A DNA stretch of 64,000 bases, taken from the human T2T-CHM13v2.0 reference genome, Homo sapiens. The notes below the pieces were generated by a model. That model did no database searches. It worked only from the letters and a program-made list of their open reading frames with translations, and was not told where the DNA came from. This document shows positions 13,181-28,084 of this stretch, piece after piece (positions within the stretch are counted from its first letter, which is position 1; the number at the start of each line of letters is the position of its first letter). Both the position numbers and the translations under genes were made by a program. Location of the stretch: NCBI RefSeq assembly GCF_009914755.1, contig NC_060927.1. The stretch is one strand, 5' to 3'.

Positions 13181-16100
13181 TCAAAAAAGTTGTGAACCAC
13201 AGGCATCTCTGATACCACAAACATCCAGTGTCTCAAACCAGCCTGCCAACTATACCCTGTTGCCTTGGTGACAGAAGGCAAGCAGACGTGGAGAAATCTG
13301 GTTGCCGGAGCAACAGGATCCTTTAAAAAAAAAAAAATGTGCCTTAAGCTGTGGCTATGGCAAAGGCTGTCAGTAGGCAAGATTTCAGTCCTTGGTAATG
13401 AGATAAAGAATTTACACTGAGATAACAGTCACAGTCATTCATCTATTAATTAACAAGTATCTGTAGGTTGGTACCTATGTGCAATACACTGTGCCCTGGA
13501 GAATGCAAAGATGAATTAGGCATAGTTTGGCGCAGGCCTGGCACACAGTAATAAATATCCATCAATTAAACAAATGAATGAAGGTTCTTAAGATGGTCGT
13601 AAAACAATGACTAAATTTTACTAGGACCTGAGAATATGTGACAAAGAGGCTGAAGCCCCAGTGAGCATTATCAAGTTCCACTATACAGAGTATTTTATTT
13701 ATAAGTTGAAATAACATGCTATGACTTGCTGGATTAGAATCCTCAATGTGTATATACTAGGTCAGCCTATGAAACTCGCATAAAAACTGGTAAAAGTCAA
13801 GCCCATTCTTAATGCCTTCCTAGCAAATAGTAATAGATATAAAAGATTTCATATCAAGTTTGAAAATGATTAAAGTTGGAAATTTCAAAGAAATTGGGGC
13901 TTATTCCTCTCTTGATCTTGCCATTAACTATATTCCTTAAAAAAAGTTTTATCAACTGATGATGGCTTGGATTCCGAGGTGCCTTCCAGTTCTAATATTA
14001 TTCTCCAGCCTTGAGACTTCAAAACTTTTCTGAGCAGGCAGGGGCTATCCCTCCTAGTTCCATTTGCTCATGTTGTATCCATTTGTCTGGCTCATTTGCC
14101 CAAAAGCATATCCTAAGTTATTAGGGAGTTACGTTAGTTTTTCCGCAAGCAATTGGTTTAAATCTGGCTCCTGATATCTGATATCTGACCAAAGTTATGA
14201 GTTTATGCTTAAGCTTTCTCTTGGTACTATTAATATTTAGCCAGGGCCACGTCTGACTTCTATATTTTGGAGGCTGTGGTCAGAACAGGTATGTACTTCC
14301 CTGTGACTTCTCTCATTGGGCCTTTTTAAAGAGTCAGTAAGGGTCCCCAAGTGGGAGAGCTGCCTAGGGTCTCCTTGAAATTGTTATACCATTTTATACA
14401 TGGCACAGAATAGGAAAAAAAAAAAAGAAAAAGAAAACCCTCTACAGGCTTGATTTTCAATTTATTTTTATTCTATTATGTAGCTTTGCTATCTTCTTTT
14501 ATATTCAAACTTCTTATTTAGCTTCTAAATATTTTGCAGGATGGGTTCACATTTCACATTAATAAACAAAGAAACCCAGGAAAATCCTAAACAAATTAGA
14601 CTGCAAATAACTTTAGCTCTATTTAACGTTCTTTAAAGAATTATAAATACATTTTGGGATTGTCTCCTTTTAATTCAGAGAAGCCCCAGGGATTACCTGG
14701 GAGGGAGTCAAAAGTTATTAATTTTCTCTCCTCTTATTTGGCATAAATCAAAGGCTGTCTTTTATCATTTATTTTCTTCTGAAGTCGGCCCTTGTCTTCC
14801 CATTTTGCTGTGAGCTCCCTGAAGGAAGACAGCTTGTCTTAAACAAACCTGTGTTCCCTGGTGGCATGTCACGCTGTATTACCACATTTCATGGCACAAT
14901 TTTACAAATGTTGCTTTAGGTCAGGTCCTGTTCACCTTGGAACATACTTTCCAAAACATCAACTTCAATGTATGGGCCACTTTCCATATCCATCTGTTGA
15001 CTTGGTCATAACCCCAAGTTAAAGCTTGTTCTATACCCCTGTTTCAATGATCTTCAGATTAAACCTTGCCTTTCTGCTGATTCTAGCTTATCCAATTTGT
15101 TATAAAGTATTTAGTTAATGACTAGCTTTTTAAAAGCCATCTCAAGCTCTAAAAGATATAGACCATATGGGGTTTTTGTTTGGTTTTGAAGGGGTGGACA
15201 TCAACCGGATTTGTGCAAATAAGACAATTTTCCATGGATCCTTTAAAAAAATAGTAGAATTATTTTTGACAGGGCCAAGATACCTACATTCATCTGATTG
15301 GAAATTGTCATTTTAACATAAAACTCACTTAATTGGGAGTACATCATATATCATAATTTACTTTTGAACTAAAATACTTGCTTTGTTAGCAATAGAAAGT
15401 CAGTAAGTGAGGAATGAGGAATGTTGGGTACTAGCAAGCCCTAAAGATCCTTTGGAATATCTTCTAACTCAGATCTCCAGTCCCCACAAACACCCACTGT
15501 GGTTCTCTTTGGCATTTTGGAGTACTTTTCTTTCCCCTGCCCTCCCCATTACTTCTGACCATGACTCCTCTGCACTTTGGCCCACTAAAGAACGTCATGA
15601 GGTCTTACAGGGTTTTATCGAATATCTTTCTGATAGATCATACACCCTGTTGATAAGTTTTCCTTGGGTTTTTATTCCCAGAAACACTGGAAAAAAAGTT
15701 AGGAAATTAAAAGGCTCCACCCTAACTCCTCCTGATCTTCATTTGAAGATAAATGTATCAGTGATGCATCTTTGACTAAACAAGAAAAGGATTTGTCTAT
15801 AGAAACCTTCGTTTGTCACCTAACTGAATCCCCCAGGAATTTGCTGAGCAGGTTCTTCTGAACTTCATTTATGTTATGTGATTCCCAGCACCCTCAAACC
15901 CAGAGGTAGATCCAGGTGGTTCCATTGAGGCTGCCCAGCACTAACACCTGCTCCCTTCAGCAAGCACCCCTGATGGACTAGTCAAGGATCTCAGCTCTCC
16001 TCAAGGCAGTAAACAGGAACCTGATCCCAGCCAGGCCAATCTGGCTCTCTCTCTCTCAGGATTTTGAATCCTAAGAAAGGTGACATGAGAATGGAATAAA

Positions 16101-16594
16101 CAAGCTGGGAGTTCATTTATCCCAGAGTTCCTGTGCCCTTATAAGCCTCCCAAAAATGTCTCCTTTATAGACTTCAGGGACTGAACTGGCTCCTATGCCT
16201 TCCCAAGCTTGATCCTCCAGAGTCTAAATTACACAAGCCCCACAATGACGTCTAAAGAACCCCCTGTCACATAAGTTAGCTAAAGTCAGGCTCCTTTGCT
16301 TGTATCCAAAAAGCCCTGCCTGCTATAGCACATCGCAGCCTTAGCCTTTTGTTACACAGATGCTGCCACCTCCTGAGTGGGGGTCATCCCACAGCTCTGA
16401 AGAGCCCTGCCTGGCATCACCACTTATATGTGGCCCAACCTCAACAGGTGCCCCAGCCTCAGAGCAGTCTGGCAGTCCTTCCACCATTCTCTGCCCAGTT
16501 CTCATCTCAACATTGGCTGCTCCTAGCTGAATATACTCCACAAATCTAGACAGTCCTCTCAGCTGTCTAGAATATTGGCCTAGAATATCAACTA

Positions 16595-16957
<363 letters not shown>

Positions 16958-17369
16958 TTAATTTTATCTTCACCTCCCTTTCTCCAGACACAAAGAAGGC
17001 GTTGCCACTCATCTTTTCCAGGCCCACTCCTCTGGCTCTGGTCTATGATGCAACTGTATACTGTCAGTTATCTCTTTTCCTCTCTCATTTCTCCTCTCCA
17101 TTGGTCTCTTCTCCTTCCTCTGTCCCAAATGCCCTGAGTTCATCCTGATTCTAGGAGGTCCTTTTCCATCAAACATTCCCCACCAGCTCATTCTCCCAGC
17201 TCATTTCTCAACTTCTTAAATGCCTCCTATCTCTGCCTCTGGAACATTGTAATCAAGGTTCTGCTCCCTCTAATCTCACCCAGTGCCAGTGAAGGTCAGG
17301 AGAACTTGCAGAAGGCTCAATCTAATAGTTTTGTTTCAGTCCCTACTCTAAGAAACAACTGTCACTGAC

Positions 17370-17715
17370 ACAGCTAGCTGTCCCAAAATAACAATTTTGC
17401 TTTGCCTTTAAAAGACAGTCTCTCAAACATATTTCACCATCCCTTGCAACTAGCTGTGGTCATATGAGGAAGTTCTGGCCAATGGTATGTGAACAGAAGT
17501 GATGAGCATAACATCTCGGTCATATCCTTAAAAGGAAGAGGGGTGTCTCTACTTCCCCTTTCTTCTTCTTGCTGGCTTGGAGGTAGGATGCGGTCTCATA
17601 AGTCATATTGGTCAAAAAGATGAAACCTATACCCTGGGGATATGGAAGAACAAGATATAAGACCAGGGCTCCAGATGACCTCATGGAGCACAGCTGCCCT
17701 ACCCCGCCGGCCCAC
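17370..17715 (+). mobile_element. Old MaLR LTR (MLT1-type), followed by a MIR fragment at about 17725-17810
   Basis: CCCTTGCAACTAGCTGTGGTCATATGAGGAAGTTCTGGCCAATGG...GAAGTGA is the MLT1 core motif. Confidence 0.55.
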
Positions 17716-17976
17716 CCTTGAGCTCAGAGAGGCTAACTGATTTGCTCAAGGTCACAAAGCTAGAAAAAGGCAGAGCTAGACTAAGACCCAGGTCCAAGAT
17801 CAGTACCTGTTTCAGTATGCTACTTGGTGAACTATAAACAGTTCTGGGCAAGTAAGCTCTAACTCCTATTTCCGCAGGCACATGGAAACTTCTGGCTATC
17901 AGGTTTCAATTCAGCTGAGTTATTACTCAGCTCTGCAAAATCAAAAAATATTTCTAGGAGTTCAATTTGCACCTAC

Positions 17977-18031
17977 CTTGTTTGGGATTGTCTTTCTCCT
18001 CCTGAAGCACTAAAACTTCTCTTTAAAATGT
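17977..18031 (-). CDS. NEK10: NEK10 exon F (55 nt): (N)ILKRSFSASGGERQSQT(R)
   Basis: Acceptor ttttctcgtctcag|AC and donor AAG|GTAGGT. Phases 1 to 2. Confidence 0.88.
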
Positions 18032-18104
18032 CTGAGACGAGAAAATAGAAATAACTTTACATTATTTCCTCTGCAAATCTTTTATTTTTTATGTTTTAAT
18101 AAAA

Positions 18105-18960
<856 letters not shown>

Positions 18961-19019
18961 TAAAGAATATATATATTCCATGAATGGCTTTGTCTATAAA
19001 CACTCTCATATTGTTCTAA

Positions 19020-19160
19020 AGTCAAACTTATCTCTGTAAATGGTAGGTAGGAAATATTCTAGGCTTTGCAAGCCATACTATGTCTGTCACAGCTGAATTC
19101 TGCTGCCATTGTAGCATGAAAGCAGTCAAACAACATTCAAGAAACAAACATGGCTTTATT
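19020..19160. mobile_element. MER58-like hAT-Charlie fragment
   Basis: AAATATTCTAGGCTTTGCAAGCCATAC...TGCCATTGTAGCATGAAAGCAG. Confidence 0.55.
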
Positions 19161-20596
19161 CATGGTAAACCACAATAACAACAACAAAAAACAATACTGA
19201 ATTTCGGTTACCTGAGCAATTGTACATACTGTAAAAATTGTCTTTGATTATGAAAGCATGAACTAAAATATGTTACAAATTGTTATTTATTTGTCAGGTT
19301 TGTTTAAGGGCTTTTTCTCTAAAGCAAATGTGCTAAACAAACAAAAACAACCCTGTTATTAATATCTAACAAAACACAATAAAATGTCATGCAATAAAAT
19401 GTCATAACCATCCTTGCCAAGTTACCATATGCAAATTTAAGGGTCAAGCATCTCTTTCCTACCTCCCCACTAACCCTCCCACCATTGCTGCCAGGTATAT
19501 AGAACACTGAACTTATCTCAAAACAGTCAGTAATAAACTTCTTCTGGAATTTGTTATACATGTTTATATGCATAAATATTTTTTCCCATATGAGCTTCAT
19601 GTTTTCCCAATCACAAATTAATACACCTAGAAGGCAGGGATCTACGGAGAAAATAGGACAGAATATTGAAAACTGGGGTTGTCCCAGAAAATATGGAACA
19701 TCTAATCATCATTTCGATGGACCAATTAAGTTTGGAAAGGACAAAGAATGTAGCTAAATCCTTAGGGTTCTACTTTGATCCTTAGAGAAGCTATTTTAAA
19801 TGTTCTTTTATGAGATTTTCATAGTATAGTCACTGAGGAGAGAGAATTATTTTCACTTAATTTATTTCAGAATATTTCTATCTATGGTTTTTAATATTTT
19901 ATCAACTTACTCTTTTTTAAAAAAATTGTTTCCCTTCATTTTCTATTTTAACTTCTCTTTAAGTTTCAGGTTTGTTCCATGTATTTTATTCTATCTCTCT
20001 TTATAATCTTTAAACTTTATCTAAATATACCTTTTCCTTTTCTTTCCCATATCCCAGTATGACTATTTTCTTTACTGTTTTAAATTAAGAGTCAAGATTA
20101 ACATTATGGACGGAATTTATATGTCATATTTTTAATAACTCTAAAAAAATTTCTTTTATTTTATTGTTTTAAATGTAACACATCCCTTTAGATTTATATA
20201 AATAAAATTGCACAAAAATTAGTCTATACCAGGACCAATTTCTTCTACAGGCTTTGAATTCATCTAACCAACAGGCTCATAAAAGGTCATGTCCATTACT
20301 CCTGTGGTTATTTGGCTGTCTCCAAGTTAGATATCTTGACTCTCTAGTTAGAACCTGCAATTGCTGGTAGAAATAGTAAAACTATTCATTTGACAGCTGA
20401 GAAAATATAAAACCACTGTGCTGGCTAACCTTTGGGCTCTGTCAGAGAGACAGACACATCTGTCCTAATTAGCACTGCACCTGAAAAACAAACCACTGGG
20501 TTATGTATATGGTGATATTTGCTTGACTCAAGTATGATTTCCAAACCACTGTCTTCCGGAATCCCACAAACAGCAAATTGATAACAGAAAGCTTAC

Positions 20597-20683
20597 TGAA
20601 TGTAGATTCTTTCAGAGGGCTTGAACTGGAGCTGCTGGAGTTATCCGAAATGTCCAATTCATCATCTACCTCTGAATATGTAT
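20597..20683 (-). CDS. NEK10: NEK10 exon E (87 nt): (D)TYSEVDDELDISDNSSSSSSSPLKESTF
   Basis: Acceptor tgtgcag|AT and donor TCA|GTAAGC. Symmetric phase 1-1 exon, in frame. Confidence 0.92.
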
Positions 20684-20751
20684 CTGCACATTAATAAAAA
20701 CAATAAAAAAGCAAATGAGTCTTGAAACAGGAAGGAGTCCAGAATACATTC

Positions 20752-20809
20752 ATGTTGACACACTGCCACTAGCAGTACCTACGTTGACACACTGCCACTA
20801 GCAGTACCT
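20752..20809. repeat. 29-bp tandem duplication (2 copies, 1 mismatch) spanning the exon D splice donor
   Basis: A(T/C)GTTGACACACTGCCACTAGCAGTACCT at 20752-20780 and 20781-20809. Confidence 0.97.
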
Positions 20810-20991
20810 TTCTCAGCATTTTCCAGGTTGAAGTTATCATCTGACAGGATTTCGTCACAGGCCCTGTCTTCGTCTTTACCATAGGAGGCCTGGAAGCCTT
20901 CAGGGGGCAGGTCTGCGCTTTCTGAAAGTTCACTTTTCAGGCTGGCTGCTCCACTGCTGCTGCTACTCAAACTTGCCTTCTCAAAGGTCTC
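20808..20991 (-). CDS. NEK10: NEK10 exon D (184 nt): ETFEKASLSSSSSGAASLKSELSESADLPPEG...NLENAEK
   Basis: Acceptor tttccag|GAG and donor AAG|GTACTG. Phases 0 to 1 fit the neighbours. Overlaps ORF 20779..21084. Confidence 0.92.
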
Positions 20992-23419
20992 CTGGAAAGA
21001 GAAATTCAGTTTTTCATAGCCTCTTTCTCTATCCTTCCTTCTATAGGACCTAAATCTTGTTAGAACATATATTAACTGCTTCAAATATCAATATAAATGT
21101 TTGATGCAGAAGACGCATCAGTAGTTCCACCTATACACCTGTTACAGAATCTATTCAGTCCATAAATACAAAAAGATGCAGGTCTATAAGCTACATTGGA
21201 TCAAAAAGGATGGAAGTGGCAAGAGTGTTCAGTAGAAAAGGCCCATATAACCCAGTAGCGGGGGGAAATATGTACTTCTAGAAATAGACTATATTAATTT
21301 AGGAGAAATTTCTCTCCCTTAAGTTTTTTCAAAAACATTTGCTATCAAATCCTCTCAGTACCACAGCAAATAAGTAAGGCTTATTCTCTTCAAAACTCCA
21401 GGAAAATTAGTAGCAGACAAAGCCAGGCCATGGAGAGTGAGAGGCAAGGTTTTCCAAAAAAAGGAGCTACAGAGAACAGAACTTACAAACCACTTGGGAC
21501 TCTACACTACTGCCTGGCTTGAACACTCTCTGCAGAACTAGCCACAGGGTCCTCCTGAATCCTCCAAAACGGATGGATGCATTTCCATTATGATAGCACT
21601 ACAAAGTCATCAATCTGGTTGTGTAATTCCATATTTCCCTAAATAATAGTATTAGAAACTGCAAAAATTATGTCTCAAGGGTCAATAAAAATTAATTAAT
21701 TAATGCCACTGATGCTGGAAGTTTTCATTTTTCTAAGAGAAAGACCGTGCGGAAGGAATGACTATGAATCAGTAAAAAAGTACCACTTGTTTCTTTACCC
21801 AAGCAACTCCTAAGATGTTCATTGTATGGGACTATTCGCAGCAAGCGTGAAGAGCCTTTTTAGGCCGTGGGGCTAAACAGTGCTGGCAAAGTAAAGCTAC
21901 AGATCAGGTAGACAAAAAGACAAAGAAAGGCTGTGATGGAGGAAAGGATAACAGGCAGAGAGTGTGAGAAGAAAGAAAAAGGTGCATTTATTGAAGGGGA
22001 AAGAATTCCCTCTATGAATTGTGTCCAAGATGATTTAGTCACAAATTACCTAGCACTTCTTGACTAAAAAGGCTCCAATGATGCTCATTTCAGAGACAGC
22101 CTTATTTATTTCAGATTTATGTGTTTTTTATTTTTTTCCTACAGTAAAATGACACAGCTCCAAGGCACAGGTTTCTAAAAACTCCATAATAATAGAATTT
22201 GCAGATGAAGAAAACCTAAGATCTTAGGGATAACTAGAATCAGAAATAAACCTCTAAAAGCTTTCATATATTTATGTTCTATAGGTAAGATGAAAAGATT
22301 TTTAAAATACAAAAAACATTTGTGCATTGCAAACTGTCTGATCAATTGCTGTTTATTTCTTTTCCCTGAGATTCTTTTCAGTGATTCTTCAAAGTTTCAC
22401 CAAGCTCCTTGTTTTGTTGAAGTTAATTTGCAGGTGAAGAAGTATTTTAACTTTGATTTTCCATAATTAGTACATCCAATGTTCAAAGGCTGTTTTATGA
22501 CTCTGAGTTGTTAATTTCTGCTTCTGAGGTCCACCCTGGTTGGCTAACTTACAACCTGAGACAGGAAATGCTTTGGCCGCTCTCTGGCAAAAGATATATG
22601 CTACTCAGAAATTTTTCCAATGCCTAAGGCTAGTATCGGGCTTCTAAGTCCAGCCTCAGCTCTGCCACACTCAACCCCTGATACCAAATCCAGGAGCTCT
22701 TTCTAAGGCTCAAAACTTTATTGCAAAACCAACTCAACTTCTTCCATGCCTACCTCTTTTCTTCGTCCCAAACCACAAAACCCTTCTTCCTCTAACTATC
22801 CTCAACTGAAGTCATTAGAAATTTACACAGAAGTAAAAACCCAATTCAAGGCCTTTTCCTTCTTATGACCTTTTTTATTCTAAGTAAATCATCTTCTACC
22901 CTATCCTGAAGACCACAGCTGGCATCTGCAACCTTTTCAGGACTTTACACCCAAGATGTGTCAACATTACCAAGGTTGAAAAAAGATGAAGGAGAATTTT
23001 TGAATTGAGAAAACTTTTTATTCTGTCGATGCAATTAAGATGCTGGAATTCAAATATCCCTAAAACTAGTAAAACTTTAACAAAGGCTTTGTGTCTCTTA
23101 AGAACAGGCATGGATAAAACATCAGAGGAAAACATTTTTCTTTGAACAAATGAAGAGTCAGGAGAAGCTGGAGTCCCCGCTGAAAAAGGCAATTCGAGAC
23201 TTAAGGACGCTGGACTTGCAATCAAAACCCAAGAACCAATTGGGTCATAAATCAATAGTCACTTGTAACTGCCAAAATTTCATCCACGGGTAATTGACTG
23301 TTTGCATAAATTCTGATAAAGGGGAATTTACAATCTGAGAGAGATGCTTTTTCAGACTCTGTATGCATAAAAATATGATAATATAGATGGATAGTTTGGG
23401 TTTAAAATTTGTATTTCTA

Positions 23420-23816
<397 letters not shown>

Positions 23817-25092
23817 CTACTGTGATTTCTGGAGTTTTTCACTGTGAGTATTTGAGTATCCAACTCTTTATAAAATTGTTCCTTGAAGAACTGGGGGCAC
23901 TTTAGTCCATTTTAAATCCTTTAGTGCTTTGCACAATGCCTTACACATAGCAAAGGCTCAATAAATAGTTGAGCCATTAAGTTGTCCTCAGAAGACACAT
24001 CCAGCAAGTACATTAACCTATTAAAGGGATTTAGGCAAGAAAAAAGGCAAAGTTTTTGGAGACAGAATTTGGCTGCTATAATCTTTTTCACTTTCTAATT
24101 ACTAAGATTTTTCAAGGAGTAGGAGAGGGAGTTAACTAGTTTTTTTGGCATCTGCATGCATCTATCCTAGGAATGGATAGACACATTCCGGATATCAATA
24201 CGGCGGCAAGGAGAATACAACGCAAATCACACAATAAAATTATCACTGATATGGAAATCAGCACCATTATAGAAGATGCTTCCTGTCACCACGCTAGTAT
24301 TGGCACAATTATGTTTAGCTCGGTTTTGCGCATTATAATGTAATATTTTTATGTGTGCAGCAGATCATAATACATTTTCAGTTGAATAGCAATTCTAACA
24401 GTAACAGACTGACATTACCCAAATTAACTGCTACAGTAGGAAAATTAAGGGCATCTATTTTATTAAAATCAGTGCAATTTTTAAAATTGCCAGAAAGTTT
24501 TAGGAGAGAAAGAAAATCAAGAAATAAATATAAAGCATAACAACAGCTATATCCTATAGATGCTTTACTTTAGAACTCTAAAAAATGCACTATTTCTTTG
24601 TGTTCTGAAATATTCATATTCTATTAGGTATATTTTTACCCAGTTTCTTCCATCTGTTTTGTTAATAAACTGTACCCTTAAATATCTCAATTTAGTGCTA
24701 CCAGGTGCTAGAAATTCATCCAGCTGAGGTGATCTTTTATCAGTGGCACCGCATTCTATGCTTTTCATGGATGATTGCACAAAGAAAATTCAAACTAGGA
24801 GACAGGCCATTGACTGCATACTATTGTAAATAAACTTAGTCCCTACATTTTAAGGTATATTTTTAAAAATCAGCCAGTGTGGTCAGATGATTAAGGAACC
24901 TTGTGGACTAGACCATAGCTGAGTGAACTGCTCACTGTAGTGGTGAGATAGGAACCTTTTCTCCAGGCCTCCCTATGGAAGACTTGGCTTTGCCACATCA
25001 GAGAGGTGGGCTGATGGAATAAGCCTGGAGCCTGGTCCCACCCCCTACCCAGTGGTAGATGGAAATCTTTAATCTTTGATCCTGAAAGTTAG

Positions 25093-25224
25093 TTTTTGTT
25101 TGTTTTTTAGAAATAGGTTCTCACTATGTTGCCCAGGCTGTTCTTGAACCTCCGGGTTTAAGGGATCATCCTGCCTCGGTCTTCTGAGTAGCTGGAAATA
25201 CAGAGGCACACCACTGTGTCCAGC
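25093..25224 (-). mobile_element. Free Alu monomer (FLAM-like)
   Basis: Single monomer of about 130 bp with a T-rich tail. Confidence 0.75.
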
Positions 25225-25956
25225 TTTCCCAAAATGGTTTGGATGGTAACATCGTCTATTTTCATCAGGGAATCTTGAAGAATTTCCCTTCTCCCATTCT
25301 CTACATACAGTTAAGAGAGCAATAGTTAAATCTAAACCAGAAAAACTGGTGTTTTGGGGCCCTAAAAATAACTAATTTATATGGATTATATAATAAAGAA
25401 AATATTCTCTTTAGGTTGGATCTTATTTATTTTGAACTTATTAAATATTTACACAAAGCTAAAAATTTTACTGTCATGACATAGTTATTATCTCATTATT
25501 ATACTATCTTAATTAGAACGTCTTAAAAGCACTATTACATATTAATGAGCTGTGATTAAATTAAATAAATTAGGGAATAAATTGGTCATTACAATTCAAT
25601 CTAAAACTCCAGTATCAAATTTATTATGGTTAAAAATGTTTCACTGTTATCCCATAACTAACCTAGTACTGTATCAGAAATGAGTGGATTTTCTATCACT
25701 TTTAACTCAAATACAGGTTTTCTAGAAGGAATAATACTAACAAAGAGGAGAAGGAAAACAATGTCATAATCTGAAATTATCATTTGTTAAGAATACAGAA
25801 GATCTGGTCCATCACAACAATACTGACCACCATGTTTTTCCAAGACAGCAGACTAACATGCCAATAGAACTAAATGTATATACCAATATATTTAAAAGCA
25901 TTTCAAATGAGGCCAGGATCAGGTAATTCTATTTAACATTTAAAAGAAACAATGGG

Positions 25957-26644
<688 letters not shown>

Positions 26645-27275
26645 TCAAGTGGGCAAGTTTTAAGAAATTTTTTGTTTCTCAAAAAAACAATGTCATTGAA
26701 ATTTACCAATGCTTAAGGAATTAAAGAGTATGGAATTAGAAATGAGTGGTTATCAACAGGAATGAAACACCAAATTAGAACCTCATTGACTGTTTCATTT
26801 TTAACACAGAGTTACATAAGGAAAGGTCTAGTTCTTGTTAAACTGCACATTTTGCACATGTTGTCAAAATTCCAAACTGATTAATTGCCAGTAGAGAAAG
26901 AATTAAAAGTCAAGAAAAAGAGTCACCATTGTCTTTTGCTTGGCCCACTGCAATCTCTTCTTAACCAATTTCCCTGATTTCATTCTTGGCTCTCAGTGGT
27001 TTATTCCTACTCAGCGGCCACCTATATCATTTTAAAGCCTAGTGGTGCCACCTTGGCTTGCTCAGAACTCATATTACTCAAGTGCATGCCAGGGACTATG
27101 GCACCTGCATGTCCAACTGTCTCTCCCTGCTTCACCGCACGCTGGACACACAGGCCTCCTTGCTGTTCCCCGAGCTTGGCAGGCTCACTCCTACCTCAGG
27201 ATCTTTGGTCATGCTACTCCTTCTGCTACCAATGTTGTGCCTTCAGATATTTGCAGAGGTTATCCCTTTAATGTA

Positions 27276-27727
27276 CAGTTGACCCTTGAACAACATGGGA
27301 GTGAGGGGCACCAATACTCCATGCAGTCAAAAATCTATGTATAACTTTTAACTTTCTAAAAACTTATCTACTAATAGCCTACTGCTTACTAGAAGCTTAC
27401 CAATAACATAAACAATTAATACATACTTGATATGTCATATGGTAAATATAGTTTATCTTCCTTGTGATTTTCTTAATAACATTTTCTTTCCTCTAGCTTG
27501 TTATTAAGAAAATCACAAAGAAGAGAAACTATATTTACTATTCATTAAGTGGAAGTGGATCATCATAAAGGTCTTCATCTTTGTCATCTTCACATTGGGT
27601 AGGCTGAAGACGAGGAAGAGGAAGAGGAGGGGTTGGTTTTGCTGCCTCAGGAGTGGCAAAGGCAGAAGAAAATTCATGTATAAGTGGATTCATGCAGTTC
27701 AAACCCACATTGTTTAAAGGTCAACTG
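27276..27727 (+). mobile_element. Tigger2a-type MITE with TIRs and TA TSD, inserted in an L2 remnant (about 26920-28000)
   Basis: TA|CAGTTGACCCTTGAACAAC ... TTGTTTAAAGGTCAACTG|TA. Confidence 0.88.
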
Positions 27728-28084
27728 TATTCAGGTCTCTGCCCAAATGTCATGTAATTATAAAGCCCTTCACTGACATCCCTATTTAAAATAGCCTGTC
27801 TCCCTGTGTCTACAATCACTTTCTATTACCTTGCCTTCTTTTATTTTTGTTCATAGCACTTAAATATAGTTTTATTTATCTATTATTTGTCTTCTCTCAC
27901 TATGAAGGAGGGAGTCTGTGGCTGTTTGGTTCACTACTGTATCAGGAGAATACTAGAATAGGTCCCAGGAAAGAATAAATGCTTACTAAATTTTGTTGAA
28001 TACGTAAAATAAAAGACTGATTTTTTAAAATGTTGCCAAGATTCTCCATGTTAAAACAAGGGGTAAAAATAAAAATTGTAGGTA

